Shown here piece by piece: positions 52,642 through 61,183 of a DNA stretch of 64,000 bases (positions within the stretch are counted from its first letter, which is position 1; the number at the start of each line of letters is the position of its first letter). The notes beneath the pieces were generated by a model. The model searched no databases and was not told the DNA's origin. It saw only the letters and a list, made by a program, of their open reading frames with translations. Position numbers and translations under genes: made by a program. The stretch covers positions 39,501 to 103,500 of IMG/VR virus record IMGVR_UViG_3300018080_000129; one strand, 5' to 3'. This DNA comes from a virus.

Positions 52642-53706
52642 TCAAGATACAAAACTGACAACTTTAAGCAAGGAAGAACAATCTGCCTTGCCACTAACCC
52701 TGCCACTCTCCCATTGAATAGCATCTGGAAACATCTTCTTCAAACCAAGAAAAACCTTCTTGTTTATCTCGAAGAAGCTCTCATCAGGATACTGCTCATG
52801 GAAAAGTTTCAACTTGGCCGTCTTCTTTGGATGTCTCCAGCCGGTAATCTCGACGTATAGTTCAAAGTCAGGCAAGTAAAGGTCGGGCAAGTATGAATCT
52901 ACTGTTTCCCCCGCTTGCCGCAAATAGAACTTTCTCGGTTCGTAGAGATACTTGATGCCAAAATATTTCAGAAGGCGACAAACATCGGCCTCCCAAGTGG
53001 AGCGAACGAAATGACCAATGTCTAAACGATAGCCTGACTTTCCAACTCCAGAACCCTTAGCTGGCTTGTGACCAACTATCTTTTTCGCTTGCGCTGCTAC
53101 CTTCTTGCTTGTCTCCTTCGTTAAACCTTTATTCCAAGGGCCACCATGCTTTTCAGCATTAACTTTGCCACCTTGAGAAGACCAACGCTTTCGCTGCTCC
53201 TTAGTATATCTCCTGTTAATTGTTTTTCTTGCTTTTCGAGCAGACTCCTTTGTAGTTTTCGGCAAAGAAAGAGCCTGCTGTTTCAACCGTCCAGCATATT
53301 CAGAGTCGTTCTTGATTCTTTCACGTTTTGCCTTGGATATTCTCTCAGCCCAATCCTTGCTCTCTTTCGGGCACTTCTTGTGCCACAACGAGATTTTCTT
53401 ACCTCGCTGCTTTTTCTCCTTCGCGGAGAGTCCAGCATGATACTCCGTCATATACTGGCATCGAATTTCCGCAAGACCCTTATTCATACACTCCGAGGAA
53501 CAATATGTCCTTCCTTTTCTTACCTCACAAGGACGAACCTGAACCATCTTGCCACAATATTTGCAAGTGAATGTCGCTCTCTTAATCTTCGCCAAGCCAG
53601 TGCATTTGAAAGAACAATACTTGCCAAGACCCTTCGCAACTTTGTAACGCAGGGCCTCAAATTCTTTACCGCAATAATGACAGTTGACTTTGACAAGACC
53701 TGACAT
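52642..53706 (-). CDS. putative homing endonuclease (Zn-finger repeats, NUMOD3-like, PD-(D/E)XK)
   Basis: CxxC...YCSxxC twice, PWNKGLTKET, RSTWEA...YEP...YLPDLYL...YVEITG. Confidence 0.75.
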   Translation of the reverse strand: MSGLVKVNCHYCGKEFEALRYKVAKGLGKYCSFKCTGLAKIKRATFTCKYCGKMVQVRPCEVRKGRTYCSSECMNKGLAEIRCQYMTEYHAGLSAKEKKQRGKKISLWHKKCPKESKDWAERISKAKRERIKNDSEYAGRLKQQALSLPKTTKESARKARKTINRRYTKEQRKRWSSQGGKVNAEKHGGPWNKGLTKETSKKVAAQAKKIVGHKPAKGSGVGKSGYRLDIGHFVRSTWEADVCRLLKYFGIKYLYEPRKFYLRQAGETVDSYLPDLYLPDFELYVEITGWRHPKKTAKLKLFHEQYPDESFFEINKKVFLGLKKMFPDAIQWESGRVSGKADCSSLLKVVSFVS

Positions 53707-53721
53707 ATTTTTATCCTGAAA

Positions 53722-54159
53722 CTACTCCTTAATTTTAGGAGTATGAGTCTCAAGCCACTTCTTTGACCTCCACATTGTCGTCATGTAAATTCTGTCGGCC
53801 AGCGACCCGCACACGGCTCCAACATCGTCAAAATGAGGTTTAAGTTTCTTCATACACTCCGTAACCTTATGTTCCGCATTTCCTGTCAGTGTTTTCCAGA
53901 ATTTCACCAGACTTTTCCTCGTCCAGCCCTTCGGCAATTTGCTCCAAGGCTTCTTCGCAGTCCTCACTATCTCATCAATCAACGCATCCTCCTGAGCTTG
54001 AATGATGATGGAAGCTCTCAATCCCTTCCATTTCTTCTGCCGAATTTTCTCAGCGCAGTCAGGGCAGAAAAGCTCAACCTCGTCAGCCGTCAAAAGTCTG
54101 TCAGGGTCGGCCAGAATCAAGTCCTTGGCAATGTCTACGAGTTCCTCAGTTACATTCAT
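53722..54159 (-). CDS. hypothetical protein with N-terminal amphipathic leader
   Basis: MNVTEELVDIAKDLILA; CPDC. Confidence 0.7.
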   Translation of the reverse strand: MNVTEELVDIAKDLILADPDRLLTADEVELFCPDCAEKIRQKKWKGLRASIIIQAQEDALIDEIVRTAKKPWSKLPKGWTRKSLVKFWKTLTGNAEHKVTECMKKLKPHFDDVGAVCGSLADRIYMTTMWRSKKWLETHTPKIKE

Positions 54160-54160
54160 C

Positions 54161-54502
54161 TCATGTCTCCTGACCATTTTTCAATATCAGAAATGGCGTA
54201 TCGTTCAAGGCCACTTCCAATGTTTCCTTGATGGCCTCTTTCAGATTCCAAGCGACCTCTATCGTAACTTCTGCTTTGAAGTTTACGCTATTATCTCTCT
54301 CGTCATAGCCAGCATTCCGAATTCCGTTGACCGTGACTTGAATGCTGTCCATCTCAAGAAGCAGGTCAAAATTAGTGTTGACATAAAGTTGAGCCTGATT
54401 CTTGACCAGCCTGTGAACCAACATCTTCAACATGTTGTCGGGAAGTTCGCCACCCGTTTCAGGAATAGTACCGTTCACTTCCCTCTTCAGTTTTACGTTC
54501 AT
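54161..54502 (-). CDS. hypothetical protein
   Basis: ORF within the operon. Confidence 0.6.
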   Translation of the reverse strand: MNVKLKREVNGTIPETGGELPDNMLKMLVHRLVKNQAQLYVNTNFDLLLEMDSIQVTVNGIRNAGYDERDNSVNFKAEVTIEVAWNLKEAIKETLEVALNDTPFLILKNGQET

Positions 54503-54788
54503 TTGCTAATTTCCTAATCTCTTTCATAGGATTGTATTTTCCTTCGAGTTCAAGGTGGTACTTCTCATCGCGAATAAGCCAGAAATCCTCAGCAATGTAA
54601 GCAAATACCTTGCTGAGCTTCTCGGCTATGTGCTTTGTTATTCTCTCCCTGCCCGTCATAATGGCGCGAAGCTTGCTTGGTTTCATGCCAAGTCTTTTTG
54701 CCAGCATTCTTCCTGAAATCCTCTTGGCTTTCATCTCCTCCTGAATGGTTTCGCCCGGAGGAGATACGTATGTCGGCCTCGCTGCCAT
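54459..54788 (-). CDS. HigA-family XRE HTH (antitoxin-like)
   Basis: SPPGETIQEEM...LAKRLGM...IMTGRERIT..IA.KLSKVF....FWL....KY.L. Confidence 0.8.
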   Translation of the reverse strand: MAARPTYVSPPGETIQEEMKAKRISGRMLAKRLGMKPSKLRAIMTGRERITKHIAEKLSKVFAYIAEDFWLIRDEKYHLELEGKYNPMKEIRKLANERKTEEGSERYYS

Positions 54789-54817
54789 TGTTTGATTCTC
54801 CTATACTAATATAAGCT

Positions 54818-55180
54818 TTATAAAAGATTTGTCAATACTTTTTCCATTCGATTCCAATCGCAAGGCTTGGGTACAACGGATAGAACATTCTTAATCACCT
54901 TTATCCTGCTCTTGTTCCTTTCGTTGACAAATGCAGTAACAAAAACGATGGGAGTCTGATTGCCCTGCCGCCTCAGGTCTTCAGCAAAAGTAATCCCGTC
55001 CTTACCCGGCATATTGATGTCCAGAGAAATCAAGTCAAAACTCGAATCCTCAAGCTTCTTTTCCGCTTCGCTCACAGAATTGACCTCGACTGCCTCCATG
55101 CCAAGAGTTCCAAACTGGTAAGATAATACCTCCGTAATCGAAGGCTCATCATCCACAACAAGAACTTTCTTTGCATCCAT
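54818..55180 (-). CDS. single-domain response regulator
   Basis: VLVVDDE, DLISLDINMPGKDG, IVFVTA, KP. Confidence 0.9.
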   Translation of the reverse strand: MDAKKVLVVDDEPSITEVLSYQFGTLGMEAVEVNSVSEAEKKLEDSSFDLISLDINMPGKDGITFAEDLRRQGNQTPIVFVTAFVNERNKSRIKVIKNVLSVVPKPCDWNRMEKVLTNLL

Positions 55181-55308
55181 GAAAAGCCCCTAACAGTGAA
55201 AGGAAGGGCCTCTCCCTCTACTATTATACACAGACGATAAAGGAAATGTGAAAAGAAAAAGGGAAGCCATTCAAAGCTTCCCAAGGTATGCTTTTAGAAA
55301 AGTAGTGC

Positions 55309-56184
55309 TTAAAAAATTAGAGCACCACTCTTCTGCCAGTCATAGCGCAAGTGATTATCAGGGCAGAAAATCAACTGCCGAATCTCTCCATCCTTGCTCG
55401 GATAGGTCAGGCAATTGTTCAGGCAGACATTCTGGTCGTTCAAGTCATAGACGACGGCTCCATGCGGCAATCGAAGCAACTCCGTCCCTTTCTTGCACAG
55501 AAACTCCTCCAGTCCGGCTTCCGCAGAACAAACCTTATGCTTGTCCACCCATTGTTTGACATGCTGACCTTTCCATGTTTCTTCCGGCTCCCCAAGTTCG
55601 CGCACTGTCAACTGGTCAACCTTCAAATCCCTACAAACCTCAACAAGCTTCTTCAGGCGGTCAACATTGTCCACATGGCCCTTGCAAATGACACAGGAAA
55701 CGCGAACCATGAAACTATGCTGCTTGAGAATTCTGCATGATTCGTTCCAGTTGAATTTCGGTTTGTTGTCCGTCATCAAACGAGCATTGTTCTCAGGCTC
55801 GATGTCTCCTATCGAGAGACACACAGAAGTCAGACCAAAATATTTCCAAGTCTCCAGATAACGATTCTGGAAATCATCATCCTCGAAAACAATGCCATTG
55901 GTCTGCAACTCGATAAGAGGAAACTCATGCTGGCGCAAGACAGAAAGAAATGTCGTAATCTGCTGTGGAAAAAGAGTAGGCTCACCTTTGCCGGTGAAAA
56001 GGGCGGTTGTGATACCATGTGCTCTTGAATACCTACAAGCCGCTTCGAATGCTCTCCAATCGACAACTGGAAGCTCTTTCTCCATGCCAAAGCTTGGCGT
56101 CATCTTCGAGACGCAATAAGGGCATCTGGCGTTACAAGCGCGTGAACCTGTCACAATGGAAAGAGTTGTCGCCTCAATTTTCAT
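55309..56184 (-). CDS. radical SAM protein
   Basis: CNARCPYC, TGKGEP, ELQTNG. Confidence 0.88.
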   Translation of the reverse strand: MKIEATTLSIVTGSRACNARCPYCVSKMTPSFGMEKELPVVDWRAFEAACRYSRAHGITTALFTGKGEPTLFPQQITTFLSVLRQHEFPLIELQTNGIVFEDDDFQNRYLETWKYFGLTSVCLSIGDIEPENNARLMTDNKPKFNWNESCRILKQHSFMVRVSCVICKGHVDNVDRLKKLVEVCRDLKVDQLTVRELGEPEETWKGQHVKQWVDKHKVCSAEAGLEEFLCKKGTELLRLPHGAVVYDLNDQNVCLNNCLTYPSKDGEIRQLIFCPDNHLRYDWQKSGALIF

Positions 56185-56196
56185 TTGCTTCTGCCT

Positions 56197-56484
56197 TTAC
56201 TTCACAAAGCCAATTTTGCCTTTTGGTGCCTCTGGAGTATTCCAAACTCGATGCTCATCCAATTGTGCCTTCATCGGTTTGCGAAGGTCATAAACCTCCA
56301 TGACCCGCTGCATATTCTTGCCATTATATTCTTTTACTTTCTGAAGGCATTCCGCATCGGTAGCCACGTAAGTAGGATAGTCTTCGTGGTCAAAACCATC
56401 ACAGACCACAATCAGGTATGCCTGTTTCTCTTCCTTGCCTCTTTCAAACCAGCCTTGAATATCTTCTCTTGTTGTAGCCATCAT
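56197..56484 (-). CDS. hypothetical protein
   Basis: ORF with RBS. Confidence 0.7.
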   Translation of the reverse strand: MMATTREDIQGWFERGKEEKQAYLIVVCDGFDHEDYPTYVATDAECLQKVKEYNGKNMQRVMEVYDLRKPMKAQLDEHRVWNTPEAPKGKIGFVK

Positions 56485-56505
56485 ATTGTCCTTGTAAGGA
56501 AAACT

Positions 56506-57141
56506 CTAAATCGCAGCCAACAATTTAGCCACTGAGAACCTTGTATTCTTGTTCACCCTGATTCTTACAACCTTCCAGCCTTTTGATTCTGCAAATTCAT
56601 CCTTCTCTGCATCTTTCTGTGCCATAACAGTCCACTCATGGTCTTTGCCGTCAAACTCCAAAAACAATTTCCTATCTGGCAAAGCTAAATCAAAGACATA
56701 TCGACCAAGAGGATACTCTGGCTCGAATCTTTCTCCTCTTGATAGAAAAAATTTCTTCAACTCTTCATACTTCCAAGACTCCCTTGTTCTTAAACCCTTC
56801 GCAATGACAGCTATATCGTTAATTGCTCCAACATTCTGAGAACCCATCTCACGAGCTTTCTCCCTGCGATATTTGGTCACACTACCCGCAGAAGCACACC
56901 CTCTCGAACAAAACGTAGCCTCTGTTTTGCCCGTTCTTGTCTTAAAAGATTTGTCGCAGTAAGGACATGTCTTCTCTATCTCTCTTGTCCTGTTCTCGCG
57001 ATTATCATTACCGTACTTAGCAGAGCAAGAACGAGAACAGAAAAATCTTTCCCTACCTTTTCTTACTTGCCGGTTATATTCTGCCTTGGAAAGAAGAAAA
57101 GGCTTAGAACAATAGCTGCATTCAAGAGGAACACTACTCAT
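56506..57141 (-). CDS. Zn-finger + DUF559/Vsr-like endonuclease
   Basis: CxxC...FCSRxC twice; YVFDLA...LEFDG..H....D..KD......GWKVVRI. Confidence 0.8.
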   Translation of the reverse strand: MSSVPLECSYCSKPFLLSKAEYNRQVRKGRERFFCSRSCSAKYGNDNRENRTREIEKTCPYCDKSFKTRTGKTEATFCSRGCASAGSVTKYRREKAREMGSQNVGAINDIAVIAKGLRTRESWKYEELKKFFLSRGERFEPEYPLGRYVFDLALPDRKLFLEFDGKDHEWTVMAQKDAEKDEFAESKGWKVVRIRVNKNTRFSVAKLLAAI

Positions 57142-57159
57142 CAATTTCTCCAAAGAAAA

Positions 57160-57515
57160 TGGTGGAGGCGGCGAGGAGTCGCACCTCGCGTCCAGTGGTG
57201 CTCTCGATAGGGCGTCTACACGCTTATCCAGTTGATTCTATATCTCGGCTCATCTGGCAAGCCTCAGGCGGCTGTTTACCCGCCACGTCAGGCCGTCTTT
57301 CCAGCCTGCCAACCTGTCTTTCCAAGCTGCCAGCCCTTGTGTCGTACCCTATTCCCGCTTACTAAGGACGAATCTCAACGGTTTTGGGGCTGCCTAAGCA
57401 GCGATTCTGTAGGAGTTGCCAAGTAAATGGCATAGTCGGCTTTTTACGAGGCCAACCGACCAACCTCGACGTGCAGCCATTCTCGATACGCATCCTGTCG
57501 ATACTACGCGCCCCC
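57160..57515 (-). ncRNA. ssrA: tmRNA
   Basis: 5' GGGGGCG...TCGAC; 3' GCGAGG-TGCGACT-CCTCGC-CGCCTCCACCA with G3:U70; internal tag frame GNSYRIAA* at 57394..57420; 356 nt. Confidence 0.92.
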
Positions 57516-57522
57516 AATTGTC

Positions 57523-57551
57523 GTTTCAATCCACGCCCTCACACGGGCGAC
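57523..57551 (-). CRISPR. solitary type I-C-like CRISPR repeat
   Basis: GTCGCCCGTGTGAGGGCGTGGATTGAAAC (29 nt), ending 7 nt before the tmRNA. Confidence 0.65.
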
Positions 57552-57585
57552 TAACGTTTACTCTCACGCGCCTTAAAAAGGAAAA

Positions 57586-57815
57586 GAAAAGTAAGGAAGA
57601 TAGTGGTGTTTCATCATCGACGCATCCGTTGGAGGATTTTCAACCTCTTTTGCTCCATTGCTTTTTTTACTAAATCAATGCCGTCTTTCCGGCTGTCAGC
57701 GAGACTAAATATCTCGCTTACCAATAATTTTTTTAGAGCAATGGAGCTTATTTCACGGATAAGCAAAAGCCCTTCGCTAACTGCTCGAAGCGTCTCCCAC
57801 CTACCCTACACTCTC
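57586..57815 (-). ncRNA. structured RNA resembling the 23S rRNA L1 stalk (H76-H78)
   Basis: GTGTAGGGTAGGTGGGAGAC...GTCGATGATGAAACACCAC flanking nested stems. Confidence 0.6.
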
Positions 57816-57881
57816 CCAACCCACGCTTGCAATCATGGGCTGTCCTTTTCTTACCCCTCTATACGGATTTCTCGACAAATT

Positions 57882-58202
57882 TCAACATCTTTTTTTGATT
57901 TTTTCGAAATCGAACGCTTCAATTTTAGCCTTCAGCCTATGACAGAGCTTCGGGTTCATCTTCCCTTGAAATGCCAGAAGAACCGTTGTCCAAAAGTAAG
58001 TACATTCGTCAAGGGCAAATCCCGAAACATGACAGGTCGCATGAGCCGCCACTTTGTTCCTTTTGCAGAATTGGGAAAGAACTCCCTCCACATGCTTTTC
58101 AATAGCAGCCGTCACCACATGCCTGCAATACGGGCCATTGAGAATACCCGCTATGGTCTCATAAGTTCTGCAAGCTTCGCAGTTTTCGTATTCATTGTTC
58201 AT
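57882..58202 (-). CDS. hypothetical Cys-rich protein
   Basis: ORF coupled to the upstream gene. Confidence 0.55.
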   Translation of the reverse strand: MNNEYENCEACRTYETIAGILNGPYCRHVVTAAIEKHVEGVLSQFCKRNKVAAHATCHVSGFALDECTYFWTTVLLAFQGKMNPKLCHRLKAKIEAFDFEKIKKRC

Positions 58203-58422
58203 TCAACTTGTGCTCCAAGTAAAAAGGACAGTAGTCAGGCGGCTCATTCCGCACCTTCCGCATCTTCTCTCTGATGCTCAACGTTCCATCCCACGGAGGA
58301 CACAGCACAAAACCAAAATTGATTCGACCATGCTTGCCGCTCCACCATCTTTCTTTGTAGCTGTCCCACTGCGCTCGATTCGATTGAGCGAAACAACGAA
58401 CACAAAATTCCTTCGTCAGCAT
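58192..58422 (-). CDS. small Cys-rich protein (paralog of 58416..58673)
   Basis: L.KE.C..C...V.CP...P..CPFYLE. Confidence 0.65.
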   Translation of the reverse strand: MLTKEFCVRCFAQSNRAQWDSYKERWWSGKHGRINFGFVLCPPWDGTLSIREKMRKVRNEPPDYCPFYLEHKLNEQ

Positions 58423-58673
58423 TGCCTTTTAAGCTCCTGCTCCAAGTAAAAGGGGCAATCCAATGGTGTCTCCATGCTGACAGGAATCTCGTCACCTTTG
58501 TCGGGACAGTAAGGGCAATAAACCGCCCCATGCTGTTCATAAAGCATCTCGAAAATCTGTTCATGGTCTTCGTTGGAAATGCCGAATTTTTCTGCAATCT
58601 CGGAATCATCATTGAAGAAATTCCGAGCACAGCAACGGCATATTTCCTTGTCCAGAGCTAATCGACATCCCAT
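58416..58673 (-). CDS. small Cys-rich protein (paralog of 58192..58422)
   Basis: LDKEICRCC...VYCP...PLDCPFYLEQ. Confidence 0.65.
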   Translation of the reverse strand: MGCRLALDKEICRCCARNFFNDDSEIAEKFGISNEDHEQIFEMLYEQHGAVYCPYCPDKGDEIPVSMETPLDCPFYLEQELKRQC

Positions 58674-59284
58674 GTGGAAGGCTCTTTCCTTTTCTCGGAA
58701 TCATAAATTGCATAGAGGTCGTCTTCGCTGCCGCTGACAGGCTTGACCATAACGGATTTGCCCTGCCGATTCAGACGCACCACTTCGAAGTAAATCCAAT
58801 CCTCAGGAAGCTCCTCTCTGCAAAAGCAGGTCATGCCCTTGGTTCCTTCTTCGATAGGTGTGGCGACAGGAAAAGAACTGCCGTTCTCGAATACAGCCTT
58901 GAAAACAAGGTCGCCGGAATCTGTTTCATCGAATACGGAATCGACCAACTTGGAAGGATAGCCGGAAGTATCTACTTCTCTGAGAATCTTCGTGCCGACC
59001 TCAAAACGACTCGGTGGAAATGACCTTCTTTGCTCCCCTCTATCGTCTCTCTGGAATCTTTTCTTGAATCCTGCCTTCAATTCCTCGCTGAAATTCCTGC
59101 ACATAGTTTGAAGCTCTTTTTCCTCCATTGATTCAAACACCATTGCCATGCCATCAAGCTCCGAAGCACGTCGCGCCCGAAATTTACCATATTGCTCTTT
59201 ACCTGCGCGGTACACTCCACTCACCAATTCTCTCAGTTTCTCTTTCTCGCTCATCTGTTTTTCCTTTCCAATAGAACTGTCCAA
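58658..59284 (-). CDS. hypothetical protein
   Basis: 208-aa ORF. Confidence 0.65.
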   Translation of the reverse strand: MDSSIGKEKQMSEKEKLRELVSGVYRAGKEQYGKFRARRASELDGMAMVFESMEEKELQTMCRNFSEELKAGFKKRFQRDDRGEQRRSFPPSRFEVGTKILREVDTSGYPSKLVDSVFDETDSGDLVFKAVFENGSSFPVATPIEEGTKGMTCFCREELPEDWIYFEVVRLNRQGKSVMVKPVSGSEDDLYAIYDSEKRKEPSTWDVD

Positions 59285-59343
59285 TAGGCTCCCTTCCTAT
59301 TATCCGAGCCATTCACAAAAATAGTAAATGTCAAAGAGCGAAA

Positions 59344-59676
59344 TCAATCCAAGGAATAATACGCCATCATGTCATGCGTCTCAGAAATCTCCTCCCGATT
59401 CCACTGGATGTTTATTGCATCCTCATACGGCCTGAAATTCTCTGGAGTCTGCGTTTGAAACACCCATGTCTTCAGTTCTCTGTCAAAAACCCTGAGCGGA
59501 TGCTCATGGACGCCCTTAGGATGGGTCTTACATATCTCCAGAACGGCCAAAGCCGTCTTTTTTGGGCTTCTAAACTCGCATTGATAACCATAATGTGGCA
59601 ACACACTAAGAGGTTGCCAAGGCAGTCGCCCTCTCAGGCTCACCTGCAACTCGTATCTCGGTTGTTTCTTTGCCAT
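59344..59676 (-). CDS. hypothetical protein
   Basis: Likely start MAKKQPRY within ORF 59344..59790. Confidence 0.55.
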   Translation of the reverse strand: MAKKQPRYELQVSLRGRLPWQPLSVLPHYGYQCEFRSPKKTALAVLEICKTHPKGVHEHPLRVFDRELKTWVFQTQTPENFRPYEDAINIQWNREEISETHDMMAYYSLD

Positions 59677-60454
59677 CTTCCTTATTATACCTTTCTTTGG
59701 CTCTTCTTTTCCAGATTTTCTTGAAATGTTTCTTGAGCGACTTATACTCGGCCACGCTGCCACATAACCAGAGATTGTCAGGAGAATCATTAGCTACGTT
59801 TCCATCTTTATGAAAAATGCGTTCCTGTGTCTTGAGCTTCCGCTTTATCATCTGTTCCATGACTTTTCTCGACCGTGACCGATAGCCTTTCTTTCGTTTG
59901 TCAAAAACGAGGACATGCCCTGTCTCTGTCTTGATTGTTCCTCTGGCAAACACCTTTCTGACCTCCAAATTGTCAGACGAATCATCCGTATTGTCGCCGT
60001 TTTTGTGGAACACTCTCTCTTCTTCTATGAGTTTACGACCGAGCTTCTGCTCCATTATCCAGCGGGATTTCATTACCCATTTTCTCCCGACCTTGACATA
60101 CCGATAGCCATGCGACCCAACACGTTCAGAAAGTTCTTCCTTACACTTGACGTGCGGAATGTCGATTTTTAACCGATATGCCAGATTGTAAATAGTCGAA
60201 ACACTATGGCCCATCGCTTCGGCAACTTCCTTAGCTGTCAATCCTTTTGCAATATAGCCCTCGATGAGTTCACGCTTTTGAAGAAGCCTCATTGCCATCA
60301 GCTTCTTCCCATCATAGCCATACTGCGTTGTTATTTGACGCACCCATTCTCTTGTGACGCCAAAATTCCTTGCCGTCTGCGAGTGGCTACAAGTTTCCAT
60401 AAGGTCTTCTATGACAGCTTGATGATACTTTCTCTGCTCCTCACGACTCTTCAT
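59606..60454 (-). CDS. HTH + two degenerate HNH-like domains
   Basis: Two HTH segments; GY..V...R.IMEQ.LGRKL..EERVFHKNGD..DD..DNL occurs twice. Confidence 0.7.
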   Translation of the reverse strand: MKSREEQRKYHQAVIEDLMETCSHSQTARNFGVTREWVRQITTQYGYDGKKLMAMRLLQKRELIEGYIAKGLTAKEVAEAMGHSVSTIYNLAYRLKIDIPHVKCKEELSERVGSHGYRYVKVGRKWVMKSRWIMEQKLGRKLIEEERVFHKNGDNTDDSSDNLEVRKVFARGTIKTETGHVLVFDKRKKGYRSRSRKVMEQMIKRKLKTQERIFHKDGNVANDSPDNLWLCGSVAEYKSLKKHFKKIWKRRAKERYNKEDGKETTEIRVAGEPERATALATS

Positions 60455-60731
60455 TCCGCAGGCTCCAAAGATACTATGCTGCCATCCAGCCCTATGAAAA
60501 ACAGACAGTCAAAACCGCTGGTGCTCAGTTTACCTGCTGGTCGAGAACATTCACGAGAGCCTCAATAGCGCGGCTCACGCTCCTATTTCTCCGAACCTTG
60601 TTCAACTGAGCCTGCTCCAGAATAATGCCTTTGAATCTCGCATACTTGTCTACAGGCACTGGAGACCTTTTCACCTTATTTCTTTTCATATTTTCCCCCT
60701 TCTCATTAAGGCCCCTCTTCGTTTCCCCCTT

Positions 60732-61088
60732 TCATAGCTCAATCTGGTTAGACACGTCAAACACGAAATATATGTGAATGCCAAAGCTGGCTTCGGCTTC
60801 GTACATGACCTGCCTGCCGCACTTCGATTCATACCATGTCTCGTAGACAAAAGTACCCTTCTTGCCCTCCAACTCATCCATTTCTTCAGAGAACAGAAGT
60901 TCTTTGTCTTCGGCCCATACTACTGTTCCGTTGCCTGAGTTCTGAAGCCAGCGAAACATAGTCAGGTCAAGTACCGCGCTGCTCCCAATATGCTCATCTG
61001 ACAAACCAAAACGTTTGAAGATTTCTCCCTTTACATCATCCGAGAAACGAATCAGAGAAGCATCATCCTTAGTCTTGAAACTACTCAT
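60732..61088 (-). CDS. hypothetical protein
   Basis: ORF after a sigma70 promoter. Confidence 0.6.
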   Translation of the reverse strand: MSSFKTKDDASLIRFSDDVKGEIFKRFGLSDEHIGSSAVLDLTMFRWLQNSGNGTVVWAEDKELLFSEEMDELEGKKGTFVYETWYESKCGRQVMYEAEASFGIHIYFVFDVSNQIEL

Positions 61089-61120
61089 GGTGTCTTTCCC
61101 TTCCAAGCCCTCTTGCTGTT

Positions 61121-61148
61121 ATTATACCACTCCCTTCACAATTGTCAA
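61121..61148 (-). promoter_or_regulatory. sigma70-type promoter
   Basis: TTGACA-16 nt-TATAAT with extended -10 TG. Confidence 0.7.
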
Positions 61149-61183
61149 GTCCTTTCTCAACATTTTCCACACTTTTTCCACAG

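Noticed and set aside
54810-54835. Eighth copy of the late-promoter motif
   Set aside because: The spacing between blocks is too short and a TTGACA is present, so it is more likely a sigma70-type promoter.
37882-57551. A conventional CRISPR array or cas operon
   Set aside because: The repeats are single, divergent and kilobases apart, and no cas genes were recognised in the window.
57586-57815. rRNA gene or host contamination
   Set aside because: Only two short L1-stalk blocks match; the flanks and interior are not rRNA.
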